Shown piece by piece: positions 1-13,246 of a DNA stretch of 64,000 nucleotides; position 1 is the stretch's first letter, and the number at the start of each line of letters is the position of its first letter. A model generated the notes under the pieces. It ran no database searches and was not told the origin of the DNA. It was given only the letters and a program-made list of their open reading frames with translations. Location: NCBI GenBank assembly GCA_000002445.1, contig CH464491.1, positions 4,384,001-4,448,000 on the forward strand, given 5' to 3'. The position numbers and the translations under genes are program-made. The stretch comes from Trypanosoma brucei. Taxonomy: Eukaryota.

Positions 1-1255
1 GACCACCGTATGCACGCAGTGCCAACATAACACCAACAACAAGCGGCAATCGCCGCACATCCACGCTCGCAGTCACGTCACCAAATTTCATGTCACGCAC
101 CAAAACTGTGTAGAAGTGTGTGGGCTGCTTGTCTGCGGGAAACAATTTTAACGCACCATCGGCAAGGTTCAGTAACCGATGGCCATAAACTGTTAAAGCG
201 TCCTCCACACAAGCATCCATAAGCTCACACAAGGGCGCAGCAGCAGCGGCAAACCATTCGCGCTTCTCGAAACGCATCATGAGCCGCATGAGAGCTGTTG
301 TGCGGGACACGTTCGGGGCGGCATTGTGTAGCCCCTTCAACCGTAACGCAATTGCTTCCATAATCTCCGCATGCATCACCTGCTTTACCTCACATTTATG
401 CAGCATATCAGTCAATTGCACTTCGTCGGCCGCTTGCACAGCCTTCAGCATCGATTGCACAAAAGCAGCGACTACTGAAGGATTTAATGCGCCCTTTGCC
501 TCAGCAGTCAAACTGGAGGGGCCGCCTTCCGCCCTGTGATCGCGTCGCGCTCGCGCCGGTGACATCGCAGCCAGTGCACTTTCAAAGCCTTCAGCCGACC
601 GAGCAGAGCTTGCAGCGAGCAGCGATACGACGGGCATTTCTAACCCCCTGTAACATTCAATTACAGCACTTAGATGCTCCATAGAAATGTACGATGAAGG
701 TTGAGCACAAATGTGCCGCTCTGCCACAACATAGAAGTCAGGGTAGTGCACTCTCCTCTCGTAAAAGCACTCGATGATACGGTAAAGCTGTTGCCCAGTA
801 AAACCGTCCATCCGTCTAATGCAATGCTCGGCCAGGAGAGACCACGTGTCCTCATGCCGTACCCCCGCCGCAGCCAGTGAGTCAATTAGCTGAACAGTCC
901 CCGTGCTATCCATACTCGGCAGGGCTTCAGAGAGTAGTGGCAGAGCGGAGAAGGAGATATCGTTTTGCCCCAACATGCAGCAGGCGGCAATAGTTCGTGA
1001 GAGCTGCCCACCAGTCATACGCGGCAGTTCTGCTCTTACCAATGCAACGGCCTTCGCCGCGACGGGGCTCTGCTCAAGCTGGAAGTAGGCAAGGCACTCC
1101 AAGAGTCGCCGAAGAGCGGACGGACCCGGGGAAGGCCCAACGCTAAGCTCTAACGCGGTAAGTTTTTCCTTTAGAGCGTGTCCTAGTTTCTCATCGAGTA
1201 CGACACTGTGTATCTTCTTTAGGTGGTACAAGTCATGAATCACGCGAGTTAACAT
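1..1255 (-). CDS. Conserved hypothetical protein, 3' (C-terminal) ~418 codons of a gene whose 5' end lies beyond the window start; Leu/Ala-rich alpha-helical repeat character
   Basis: By-hand reverse-complement translation from ATG at 1255 (MLTRVIHDLYHLKKIHSVVLDEKLGHALKEKLTALELSVGPSPGPSALRRLLECLAYFQLEQ...) reads stop-free to position 1. It is absent from the ORF track only because no stop falls inside the window. The + strand ORFs here (279..539, 487..684, 903..1088) are short, overlapping and antisense-like. An upstream in-frame TGA precedes the 1255 ATG. Confidence 0.55.
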   Translation of the reverse strand, partial: MLTRVIHDLYHLKKIHSVVLDEKLGHALKEKLTALELSVGPSPGPSALRRLLECLAYFQLEQSPVAAKAVALVRAELPRMTGGQLSRTIAACCMLGQNDISFSALPLLSEALPSMDSTGTVQLIDSLAAAGVRHEDTWSLLAEHCIRRMDGFTGQQLYRIIECFYERRVHYPDFYVVAERHICAQPSSYISMEHLSAVIECYRGLEMPVVSLLAASSARSAEGFESALAAMSPARARRDHRAEGGPSSLTAEAKGALNPSVVAAFVQSMLKAVQAADEVQLTDMLHKCEVKQVMHAEIMEAIALRLKGLHNAAPNVSRTTALMRLMMRFEKREWFAAAAAPLCELMDACVEDALTVYGHRLLNLADGALKLFPADKQPTHFYTVLVRDMKFGDVTASVDVRRLPLVVGVMLALRAYGG

Positions 1256-1951
1256 GTCAATCGGTATTATACTCCTTTTCTGGCAGCGTTCACTTCCCCC
1301 ACGCCCATGCTGCGCGTTTATTTAGCAAATGTTAAATGTAGTAATATACCGCCGCCAACGCCCACCGCGTGCACGAGTCGGCAATAAAACATGAAGAAGA
1401 GGAGGAAGAGGGAGATAAAAGGATAAACCTGATACGCTAAAAAGTGGGGACAACAAATTTTCATAAACAGTGGTGTGGCATCACCATGCACACACACACA
1501 ACTAACTTCAAGGATACTGACAGTCAATAACTCCAGACTCGACGACCGCCTAAACCCCAAATTATCAAATGTTAAAAAAAAAGACAAGAACACACGAAGA
1601 GCAGCTACGATATTTTCACTGCTTTTCATATGAAGTACTAATAACAAAACATGTGGACGCAAAACTGTGGATTTGCGGGTGCGTCTGGGCTCACCGTAAC
1701 TATTATTTGGTGCCCAAGAAGGTAAAACGGCTACGACTGAGACGATAAACAAGTAGTAATGATGATAGGTGAAAGGAGTTCATAACAACACAACGAAGAA
1801 AGTCGAGGGAAAGCAAAGTGGAAATAGTCAAATAACGGAACACGTATGGTACGTAGAACAGCATGGCACGTCCACACGTCCACACGCCCGCACGCACACA
1901 CACACACAAACACACAAAAACAGAGAGAGCGAAAAATCACCGGGTTCATTA

Positions 1952-2308
1952 CTACAGTGGGTTGTTGGATCCACGCGGACCTCCCTCCGCCCATGACGGC
2001 TTTGGAATTTCACCCTCGCGAAAATTCTTCACCTGCTCTACCGACCACTGGCGCGCTTGCATCTTCTGCACTTCTACCGACTGCGCTGCTTCCTCCTTCT
2101 TTTCTTGAATCTGTCGCGCGGTATGTTTGATACCGGCACCGAGGTCAATACCGAAGAAAATCATCACAAAGAAGAACATGGCCACGCCAGACCAGGGAAT
2201 ACACCTAAAGGCTGCAGCCAGTGCGCTCTCCTGCCTTTCCCTTTGCGCCAACACATGGCGCTCCCAGCGGCGCAGCTTCAGAAAGTCGCAGAACATGCGA
2301 ACCCCCAT
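1952..2308 (-). CDS. Candidate small single-pass membrane protein (~118 aa from MGVRM; alternative start at 2179 giving ~75 aa MFFFVMIFFGIDLGAGIKHTARQIQEKKEEAAQ...)
   Basis: Higher-complexity, GC-richer island (about 1955-2330) inside otherwise low-complexity flank. The ORF encodes one hydrophobic helix followed by a charged, Gln/Glu-rich tail. No homology recognised. Confidence 0.25.
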   Translation of the reverse strand: MGVRMFCDFLKLRRWERHVLAQRERQESALAAAFRCIPWSGVAMFFFVMIFFGIDLGAGIKHTARQIQEKKEEAAQSVEVQKMQARQWSVEQVKNFREGEIPKPSWAEGGPRGSNNPL

Positions 2309-2688
2309 TACGGTTACTCGGTGACTCACTATTACAACAAAGCTCTTTCCTTCCCCCCCTTTTTTTTTCGAAATAATAATAATAATAAACAAAAAGAAAC
2401 AAAGGTAGACGCATGAGTAATACACTTTTTGAAAGGATACAATGCATCAAACGAGTTGTATACGTACAAATACACAGAGGGCACGAGTATCCGTGCATCC
2501 GTAAATATTCGTAGGAGTGAAACATATAAACCCCGGTACAAATGGATGTACATGGACACAAAACAACAGGTGATTGCACAGACTGCATGTTTTGTGTTTG
2601 TATCGCGTGCGCATGCTTACGTGTATATGTGTTTGGTGCTTGTGTTTGCGTACTTGTTTGTATATTTATTTCTTATATGTATAAATAC

Positions 2689-2716
2689 GCATATATATAT
2701 ATATATATATATATAA
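2689..2716. repeat. (AT)n microsatellite
   Basis: Direct reading. Confidence 0.95.
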
Positions 2717-4106
2717 GCTTCGATGTGTCAACAGACACTAGTCACACATAGCCACACTCTTGTGCAGGAAACATAAAAATAAAATTATTAAAAAAAAAAC
2801 AACAACACTCACCTCCAGCGTCGCTTAAAAGGCAACAGACGGTGAACTCTTCGCCTCAACCTTCTTCTTCGCTCCTTCTCTTCTTTTTTTTTGTTTTTTG
2901 CTTACCTTTCGTTTGCTTCCTGCTAGCGATGTCATTTCCTTCCTCTTCCCTTCAACACTCGTCCTCACCATACACAAACAAAATACAGGGACGCCGTCCC
3001 CCACCATCCATGCCGTCCGAGGAAAAAAAAAAAACATCAACAACAACAACAATAATAAAGAATGCAACACAAAACACGAACTCACACTCGTACATTAAAT
3101 ATAACAATTATCATTTGTCCTCCCTTTCCCACATGGGCCAGCAGTATTTAAGCGAGGAGAACAACAACGTGCTAAAGGCAAAAATCTAATGCAACAATTA
3201 CTCATTGTTAACATCTTCACACAAACAAACACATGGATGTATAAACTGCGCATACAAATATGAGTAAATGTAAACATATATTTATTCATACTTATGTTTG
3301 TGAGTTTGTGAATTTGCGACGTACATTTATGCTCATGCGTGGGATTCTAATGTGGTGGACGAAACAAAGATGTACGTTTCTTTTTTTTTTTCCTTCGTAA
3401 GTATGTAATTGAGTGACAGAGCTTAATCAGCTCGGTTAGACCGTGTTTGAGGAAGTGAAGGCAAATATAAACAAAAACAGGAAAAGGAAAAGGAAGATAA
3501 ACGAAAATGAAAATGAAAACACGAAACAGCAGGAAAAAAAAAATCGGTACATCTAACAACGAAAACAAAAAACAAAAAACAAAAAACAAAAAAAACACCG
3601 GCTAATTTTCTCTTCTCTGTCCCTTCGTCACCGCCACCACCATCTCCCCCTTCTTTAATTTATTTATTTTTTTTCTTCGCTCATGTTAGTTTCTTCTTCT
3701 TATGTTGCTGCAGTGCCGTAGAGCCATATTTCACCTTTTGTATTTTTGTGTTCATCGAACCTCATGGCATGAAATGCGGCGGCATGCTGCAACTCATAAT
3801 TAATGAAAAAAAAAACAAAAACAGCAGGGGATGAGAGGTTGAGGATGGGAAGAAAAGTAAATGAGAGAAAGAAAGAGGTGAGGCGGAGCTTTAAAAAAAG
3901 GCGTGAAATAAAAAAAAAAGGAAAGCAAACAAACAAACAAACAAACACACGGAGCAGAAGGATGCGAAAGAAAGAATGAATGAATGAAAGAAAAAATAAA
4001 ATTGAAAAACAAAAACAAAAACAAAAACCATCCGACAACTACTAACCTGTACAACTGTAAACGGCATATTGGGATTATTTCATTTACTTTGAGCGCATTC
4101 ATACGT

Positions 4107-4187
4107 GTATATATATATATATATATATATATGTGTTGAGTTATTCACCTTTTCCTCTTTTCTCTCGTGTGTGTGTGTGTGTGTGTG
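4107..4187. repeat. (TA)13 followed by (GT)11 compound microsatellite
   Basis: Direct reading: (TA)n 4107-4132, (GT)n 4167-4187. Confidence 0.95.
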
Positions 4188-5977
4188 CGGGTGGCATTCT
4201 TCTAAAAATAAAACAGGTGAGACACGAGTAAACGAGCAAATGAAATATGTGGTGTGTGTGTGGGGGGGGGGAAATCTGTGGCATCGGTATCATAAAGGAT
4301 GCGTCTAAGTGATCTAAGCAGATACCAAAGCAAACAAAAAATAAAGTTAAAAAAGAAAGAGAAGGAATGGACTGGACTGGACTGGGTGGTAAGAAAAAGA
4401 AAAGAAAGAAAAGAGAAGATGTACTGAAACAAAGTCGAAAGAACAAATATATCCGACACAAATGTGTGAATTGCTTCTTCCCTCCCCTCCCTCCTTCCCC
4501 TTTTCTTTCTGTTTCATTTTCTTCTTCCATTCTAATATTACCTCTCCCTTTCACCACAACATAATTTTTTTTTAAAAGAAAGAAAGAAAAGGTGGAAAAA
4601 AAAAAAGAGTAGCCGCACCGAAGCAACAACGCCCGTACAGAAATACAAACGCACACGCACGAACACAAGCCAAAAACAATTTAAAAAAAGGCAGAAGAAG
4701 CTGGAACAGTGAACAAACACACGTGGCACACACGAAAGCGACCACACGTGTACAAACAAAACAAAAACAAGAAAAAGAAAAAGAGGGGAACAAACACAAA
4801 ACACTCAAAACACTCAAAACACAAAACACTCAAAACAAACACACACGCGCATACGTGAAACAACCAAAGATGCGCAGATATCGTATAAATATACACAACA
4901 ACATACGCAGCAAGTGGTTGCCTTTTTTTTAAAAAAATTAATTGGTGTTGTTGCTGTTGTTTCTTCTTGACAGTTCTCACTATTTTCTTTCCTTTTGCTT
5001 TCCCTTGACAAAATTCATGCATCTAATGTAAAATAAAAACGTAAAGAAAAGTGAGGAAGGGTAAAACCAAGAAAAGGAAGGAAAGAAAGAAAGAAAAAGA
5101 CTAAGTAAGTAAGTAAATAAGAATACGTAATCTGATTCTTTAAACTTACCGACTGCCTCTTTCCCCTTCCTTTTGTGTTTCCCTTTCCTCCTGTGTATCA
5201 CTTCTTCTATACAACTCGTTTCCTCTTCTCCATCACAACATCTGTTGTCTGCTCTTTCTCTTTCTCTCTCTCTCGCTCTTCCCCACATTTTCTTTTCTTT
5301 CTCTTTTCTTTTCTACTTACAAAATATTTAGTTATTTAATTATTTGTAACTTTTTTCTCCTTTCTCTTTGTGTTCTGTTTGCGTTTGTTTGCTTGTTTGA
5401 GATAATTATTTCCTCTTTGGAACTCCTCTTTCTCTCTTTAGTTTACCCCTCTCCATACGACTGTTTGGGTCATTTCCTCCCTCACACTTTTTCCCATGCC
5501 TTTATTTCATTTATTCATATAAGTATATATATATATATGAATGATTTCCTCTTTTCTCCGAGGACTTCTCTTCTCTCTTTCCTCCCTTTTGTTCTTCCCT
5601 TCTCTCTTTTTTTTTGTTTTGCTTTCTTTTTGCTTTTACTAACGGTATCTTGAGGAGAGAAAAGAAAAATTTCTTCTCAAAATCGCCGCTCCTAAAGCCA
5701 ACAAAAGGCCTCAACATCTGATGGCCAACAAACGCCAAAAAAAAAAAACGCACACGACGAGGGAAAAGAATAAAGAAAGAGGGAGAGTGCCCACCTCGAA
5801 GCAAAACGAAAAGGAAAAGGAAATAAACCCAAACTCCAGAATGCGGTAAAGAAAAGATGTCGATGGAGGGTTAAAACAAAAAGAACAAACAAGAAAGGGA
5901 ACAAACAAAGAAGCACGCAACACACCACAACCAAACACAAGACATTTTACACAGCAGAGTGTAACGAAGTAAACCAA

Positions 5978-7258
5978 TCAAAAGTCAGGTACTTCACTAG
6001 GCATAGTCAGTTTAGCCACTTCACCATACTTTGAGCTGCTGTACTTGCGACGCACCGATTGGTAACGCGTTGTGGAGACGTAACTCACAAAATCTAACAT
6101 GGTCCTCGCGCACGCCTTGAAATCACGTACTTGAGCCTTACTGTAGTACTGAAGCTGACGAGTCCATATGATATCGTTGTTCAGCACATACGATGAGCCT
6201 TGCTCTTTCATGTGTAGTGTCACTAGTGCAAGAAACAAGGCGGCCTTTGCTTGCTGCGACGGGGAGAACTGAAGGCATTTGTAATCAAGCATGCCGTGGT
6301 CAAGAAAAAAGAAAGCGGTGTGCCGAAGCTGTAGAACATATGCCGTGCATTCCTCATCAGAGCGCGGCTGCGAACGCGACTGTGAGCGGGAACGCGACAG
6401 AGATTGTGGTTGTGACTGTGATGCTTGCATTTGTGTCTGTTGAGATTGAGATTGCGACTGCGATTGGATCTGCTGTAGCTGATGTGACAACTGTTGCGTC
6501 TGCTGCTGCCGCTCGAGGCCCTCAACAACGTCAAGTAATCGAACAATGAAAGGAAACGGCGTTGGAACAGTAAAGCGGAAGGACAGCTCAGTGCACATCT
6601 CACGTTCCATGCGAATGACCTCATCACGAGTGTAGGTATTGGCACATATGTACACGCACTCCTTCACCTCCGGAGGCCATATCTCTTCGTACTTGGCAGC
6701 AAGAAGAATGGCGGTGATACCAACTAACTGCAGCTTTGAACGCGGTATGTACCGTCCGGTCGTACGCCTCGTGTTAACAGAAGAAAGGTAGCGGTCTACG
6801 ATGCTCACCGTGAGGTAAAGCGTCTCGGGATGTAGTTTAAACTTTAGGTGAACGTCAATAAGCCAATCGACGAGAATCATTCGCATTTTCTCGTTTATCT
6901 CTGGCTGGTACGTTAAATAGCGGGGTGACGGAAGGACCTGACCGTATATAGCCTCCTTCTCACTTTCCATGTACATTGTTGTGATGTCCTTAATAACATC
7001 GCTGCAGTATACCGGATTATTCTCACGAAGCCGGTCAGCATGAGGGCTTACAGATGACTCCTTCCCTGCCGTACCTACGGGGCTGTAGAGACTTGAGCGA
7101 AGGCTTAACAAACTGCCGGAGCCGTGTCGCACAGCGCTGGATGAGTAAGGATAACGACACGACTCTAAATTAGCGCTGCGCCGCTGAGCAAGTCGCTGCT
7201 TCACATCTCCAGAACCTGTGGACAGGTTTGAGACCTCACGAAGTGCCGTGGGATTCAT
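5978..7258 (-). CDS. CYC6: B-type (mitotic) cyclin, 426 aa
   Basis: Clear cyclin box (MRMILVDWLIDVHLKFKLHPETLYLTVSIVDRYLS; second fold LVGITAILLAAKYEEIWPPEVKECVYI...). SQ/Q/RS-rich low-complexity insertion between conserved regions. Symbol is tentative, from remembered adjacency of CYC6 and LipDH on T. brucei chr11. Confidence 0.9.
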   Translation of the reverse strand: MNPTALREVSNLSTGSGDVKQRLAQRRSANLESCRYPYSSSAVRHGSGSLLSLRSSLYSPVGTAGKESSVSPHADRLRENNPVYCSDVIKDITTMYMESEKEAIYGQVLPSPRYLTYQPEINEKMRMILVDWLIDVHLKFKLHPETLYLTVSIVDRYLSSVNTRRTTGRYIPRSKLQLVGITAILLAAKYEEIWPPEVKECVYICANTYTRDEVIRMEREMCTELSFRFTVPTPFPFIVRLLDVVEGLERQQQTQQLSHQLQQIQSQSQSQSQQTQMQASQSQPQSLSRSRSQSRSQPRSDEECTAYVLQLRHTAFFFLDHGMLDYKCLQFSPSQQAKAALFLALVTLHMKEQGSSYVLNNDIIWTRQLQYYSKAQVRDFKACARTMLDFVSYVSTTRYQSVRRKYSSSKYGEVAKLTMPSEVPDF

Positions 7259-9355
7259 TGCCGTGCAGGACCCCTAATTTTGTACTAGTCGTGCGCAGTC
7301 TGCGAATGTCTAGTGTGTGTACGTTTGTGCGCGTTCGTTCGTAACTCCACTTTTACGTGCTCTTACTTTGCTGATGTTGCTATTTATTTTTTTTGTTGCT
7401 TAAATACTTCTTTCTGAAGTAGGCCTTGGTAAACTGGAAAGTGGAAGGCAAGGTAGTTGAACCGCTTCCTTCACGCCCTCCGGCCTCTCGTTAGACGTTC
7501 AACTAATGCACGTTTCGTTACAACAGTCTCCCCTTGCGTTTCGCTGTTGTTGCTCGCTCAGATGGACTCACTCCTTTCAATCTTCAGCTGTATGTGTGAA
7601 CCTTAGAGGAACACGGGTACCTTCTCCGTTTCTATTCACGCCTAACCTCTTCAGTGCACCGTCCTTCTTACTTTTTGAATAGAAACCTGATGTTGCCCTC
7701 CTCTTATCCCTGCTTATTCGTAGTTTTATTTTAATCTTTCCCTGTTTGCTATAACGTACCAGTTATTCCGTTGGAGCCAAATTGTTCGGAGCGTTGTGGG
7801 AGGAGCGAAAATAAGACAAAACAAAAATGAAAGGGGAAAAAAAGGGACAGAAAGATACGAAATAAAAGAAAGGTATGTCAGTTTGAGTTTTTTTAACAAA
7901 AAGCCACACCGAAGCATTCAAAAGCAGCAGTCCCTCTCGTTGCTCTCAAGCAAGAACGTGATTAAGTTTTTTAAAAAAAAACGACCGAATAAAAGAGTTT
8001 AAACCTTCTTTTTCGTTTTGCTTTGGCATGATAATCAAAATATGAGAAAGAATAAGAAACGGATGACCTATCGAGAAAATATAGGTAAGGAATTTCGACA
8101 TCTGGCGTGGAGGGGGAAAAAAAGAGGACGAAAAAAAAAAAAGAAGAGCAAACAACCATGCGCGGGCAACAGAATGTGGAGGGAAAGAGGGGGGGGAGGG
8201 AACCCGAAAAGAACTCACAGCTCTCCATCATCATTGCCACACGCCTCACACTTTACGGGACATTCTCTACGCCTTATTTCCTCCTCACTCTCTCTTCCTC
8301 ATATCTCCTTCCTCACATGCCGCTGGGGGTATGCTTCAGTTAGTTCATGCTGATTCGGCCGTTGTTGTTGTTTTTGCTAGCGTTTCACTCACAACAACTA
8401 CTTGAATGAAGTTTAGTAACGATCGTTCGCTGAAGACACGGCTTTGCTGACGGACGCCCAGCACCTTTATACGAATGTAGCCGCATGTTAAACGTAGACT
8501 GTTCTCCTTGCTTTTTTTATACGTTCGGTAAGTCGTTTCTATTTTTGCTCTTTCTTTTGCTTTTTATTTTGTTTGAATCATTTTTGGTCCTTCACTCTTG
8601 TCTTAAATTCACGCTCTTCTGTTTGACAACCGTTAAATATAGTCGAACACACTGCTCCCCCCGCAATTAAACTTCGCACTAAACTCTAGTTTATCACTTA
8701 TTTTTTTTTTCGTTATTTCCTTTCCTGTTCCTCACATCATCCTCGAATCAAATTCTTCTTCTTTGAGCTTTGTATTCTTCACGTCTCCCACTGATGTGAT
8801 GATTCATTCACGCCCGCCCCCAACAACGACTGCGAATTATGGGTTTTACTTTGCCAATAACCGAACCACCCGTTGACGGCGTATCGTCGTTTCGTCATCC
8901 TTCTCCCCACCCCCTAAATGTCGCTCAATATTTAATTTGTTTAACCCCCTTCTCCCAAACCCTTTACGCTCCCCCTCCCCTACACGCCCGTCCCATTTCC
9001 TCACCGTTTCTACTAATTCACCCGTTTCACAGCTCAAATGTAAACAATATAACGAATAAAAGGAACGAGAGAAAGAGAGAGAGGGAGAAACTAGAAGAGA
9101 TTCAACAAATAAATGCCCGCGTTAATACACATCCTTCAGCCACTATTCCTACACCGCTGATCCCGCAGAAAGGGGGGGGCGAGGCCGGTCACATGTAGTG
9201 ACCCGCATCCATTCGTTGTCTTCTGTCTTGTGTGTGTGTGTCTGTGTGTACATTCCCTCCTCGCTTACTCGCACTCAACCGACCCATATCTCCCCCCCTC
9301 CTCGTCCCCTATATGTGAAATGCGCATGTTTGCGTCCATTTATGATTGACTCACA

Positions 9356-10828
<1,473 letters not shown>

Positions 10829-10941
10829 CTACCGAGTTTATACTTCGATGTTGCTAGGGGTTGTTTGTTTGATGTTGGAGTGCGTATGCAGATGCTTCGA
10901 AGATATCCTCTTCCCTTCACAGGTCGCTCACTTCATTTTAA

Positions 10942-10978
10942 ATGAGTAGAAAAAAGAAAAAAAAGAAAGGTGGAAAAA
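10942..10978 (-). promoter_or_regulatory. Candidate polypyrimidine tract (coding-strand sense) for trans-splicing of the LipDH mRNA
   Basis: The + strand purine run agaaaaaagaaaaaaaagaaaggtggaaaaaaaa lies ~150-190 nt upstream of the ATG at 10789 on the minus strand. Confidence 0.4.
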
Positions 10979-11564
10979 AAATTATGTACTCCGCTTTTTC
11001 CCACCGATGGAATGAAAGGCAGAAACGCTCCAGTATACAAGTTATTTATACCCATATATGCTTATGTACAAGCGACCCGACAGGCTTCGACTCCCACGAT
11101 AGCGCGTCAATCATTGCAAGTGATAACAGCACTAAAGCGGAAGTTCATAATGGAGGAAAAGGTAAGTAGTATGTGCATATATATATATATATATATATGC
11201 TATCCTAGGGAGGAAAAATAAAAGGGAGACGTGCCACACAGGACGTGGCACAAGGCAACATTACAAATGGAACGTATGGTATAGCACACCAAGTATTATA
11301 ACAACCCCCCCTTTCCCCATATTAAACACATCACCGGCAGACTCACTTTTCCATTCACTTCCGCGCAAAGTAACGGCACTGGCAAAACATGAAGAAGCGA
11401 TGAGAGGTCAAGAAAGAGACCGGCGACAGTAAGAGAGCACATACCATGACATTACACCCCAACCGAAGAACAAACACGCAAGCAAAGTAACCCCGGGAGC
11501 AAAATGAATCCGCATCCACAGCAATGGCACAACCCAAACGAAGGTTACGAAAATTTTCTGCTCC

Positions 11565-12728
11565 CTACAGATGCTCCGCCAACTCCTCCCTCTGCTCTTT
11601 GGTTAGCATATCAGGCATCTCAAACAAAACCTTCACGTACAGGTCACCAAACTCTGATGGCACGTTGTGCCGAGGCATCCCCTTCCCGGGTACCTTCAGC
11701 ACCGAACCATATTGTGTGATACCTGTCTCATTCACGAAAAACTCCGACCCATCGAGATGCTCTACACGCCGCTGAAAGCCAAGAAGCGCCTCCTTCAACG
11801 TCACCACAAGCGTCATGTCGAGATCTACATCGTTTGCACGGCGGGAGAAACGGGGATGTTTCTTCGTCTGAACGCTCAAAAGGAGGTCTCCAGGAATCGT
11901 ATCGGGGGACTCATCCGCCTCCATCTCAAACGAAAGAACATGTCCTTCAGGCATACCGGCATCTATATCGACTGTAAGCTCCACATCAGCTCGATGCACA
12001 CCGTTGCCGCCACACACCCCACATCGTTCCTTCATAATACTGCCGCGCCCACCACAGTACGGGCAGGTTTGGCGTATTTCCTGAAACATGCCTGGGGCAA
12101 GCTGCAAACGTTGCCGCAAGATGCCATGCCCCCCGCAATGTTCACACGTTTTCAGCCCAGATGGGCGTTTGGCGCCCGTGCCCCGGCACTTAGTGCACAC
12201 CTTTTGCTTGTTAATAGTGACAGTTCGCCTACCACCCGTGTACACAACATCGAGAGGCAGGTGAAGTGTCGCCTCGGTATTCTTCCCCCTTAGGCGCCTG
12301 GCAGCGTGGTGACGGAAAAGCTGCGAGATTGAGCCAAACTGCTCTCCTCCACTCTCTGCCTCTAATCGCTTCAGCTGTCGCAACCCTTCCTCACCGCGCA
12401 TATCGTACATGCGGCGTTTCTTTTTGTCAGAAAGCACCTCATTTGCACGAGTGATTCTACTGAACATCTCACGCGCATCGCCACCAGAAGAAACATCTGG
12501 GTGATATTTACGGGAAAGTTCCCGGAACCTCTGTCGCACCTCCCTGTCAGTGGCCTCAGGAGTCAGACCGAGCACAGCGTAGTAGTCAATCTCATCCGCC
12601 CCATCCCCACTGTCATCATGGGAGTGCACAACGGGAGCGAAACCTAGACACGCAAAACTAACGAACAGAAAGGAAACAAGTTTTGTATTGGAAGTGTGGG
12701 CTGCCGCCAAACCCCGCATCTTAACCAA
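11565..12728 (-). CDS. Type I DnaJ/Hsp40 with N-terminal signal peptide (probable ER-lumenal J protein), 387 aa
   Basis: J domain DYYAVLGLTPEATDREVRQRFRELSRKYHPD. Four CxxCxGxG zinc-finger repeats (CTKCRGTG, CEHCGGHG, CPYCGGRG, CGVCGGNG). Hydrophobic N-terminus LVSFLFVSFACLGFAPVV. C-terminal ...AEHL. Confidence 0.9.
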   Translation of the reverse strand: MVKMRGLAAAHTSNTKLVSFLFVSFACLGFAPVVHSHDDSGDGADEIDYYAVLGLTPEATDREVRQRFRELSRKYHPDVSSGGDAREMFSRITRANEVLSDKKKRRMYDMRGEEGLRQLKRLEAESGGEQFGSISQLFRHHAARRLRGKNTEATLHLPLDVVYTGGRRTVTINKQKVCTKCRGTGAKRPSGLKTCEHCGGHGILRQRLQLAPGMFQEIRQTCPYCGGRGSIMKERCGVCGGNGVHRADVELTVDIDAGMPEGHVLSFEMEADESPDTIPGDLLLSVQTKKHPRFSRRANDVDLDMTLVVTLKEALLGFQRRVEHLDGSEFFVNETGITQYGSVLKVPGKGMPRHNVPSEFGDLYVKVLFEMPDMLTKEQREELAEHL

Positions 12729-13156
12729 TAAATGAAGCTGGCGGCGGTGTTTGTGAACCCCGTACTGCTCCTACGACTGAAGCTCACCCACAACCCACAG
12801 CCTTGAAACCTTGATCGGAGTGTAGACGTATTCCTCTCTTCCGTTTACCCCTTTGCTCCCTTCCCAGCCACCTTCACCCTTGCCCTTTGTTATATTTGTT
12901 GCGGTGGCGACCCTCCCCCTATTGTATATATTAAGTGTTGTTATTCTAACCACACACGCCCCACACACAAGTGTATGTACGTGCGTTAGATGAAGAAAAA
13001 AAACAAAAAAAAATATTTGGGATTGAGAGGAACATGAAACAGAAAGTAGACATCGAAAAAGGAGTTGAACAGGAAGTGGAAGGAAAACCGAGCAACACAA
13101 TGCCAAAATATATATATAATTGTACTCGCATATAACTCTCGTAACGACCAGTAAAT

Positions 13157-13191
<35 letters not shown>

Positions 13192-13246
13192 GGAGCTACA
13201 CCACTTCCGTCTCGTGCCAACACCATACACACACACACACACACAC
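13157..13246. repeat. (AT)16 and (AC)11 microsatellites upstream of the DnaJ gene
   Basis: Direct reading: (AT)n 13157-13188, (AC)n 13225-13246. Confidence 0.95.

Noticed and set aside
7620-7640. GAAUAGAAA on the cyclin mRNA-sense strand (~370 nt upstream of the ATG), resembling the kinetoplastid S-phase cycling element (C/A)AUAGAA(G/A)
   Set aside because: A 7-8-mer is expected by chance in this much sequence. The position relative to the true SL site is unknown, so it is not reported as a feature.
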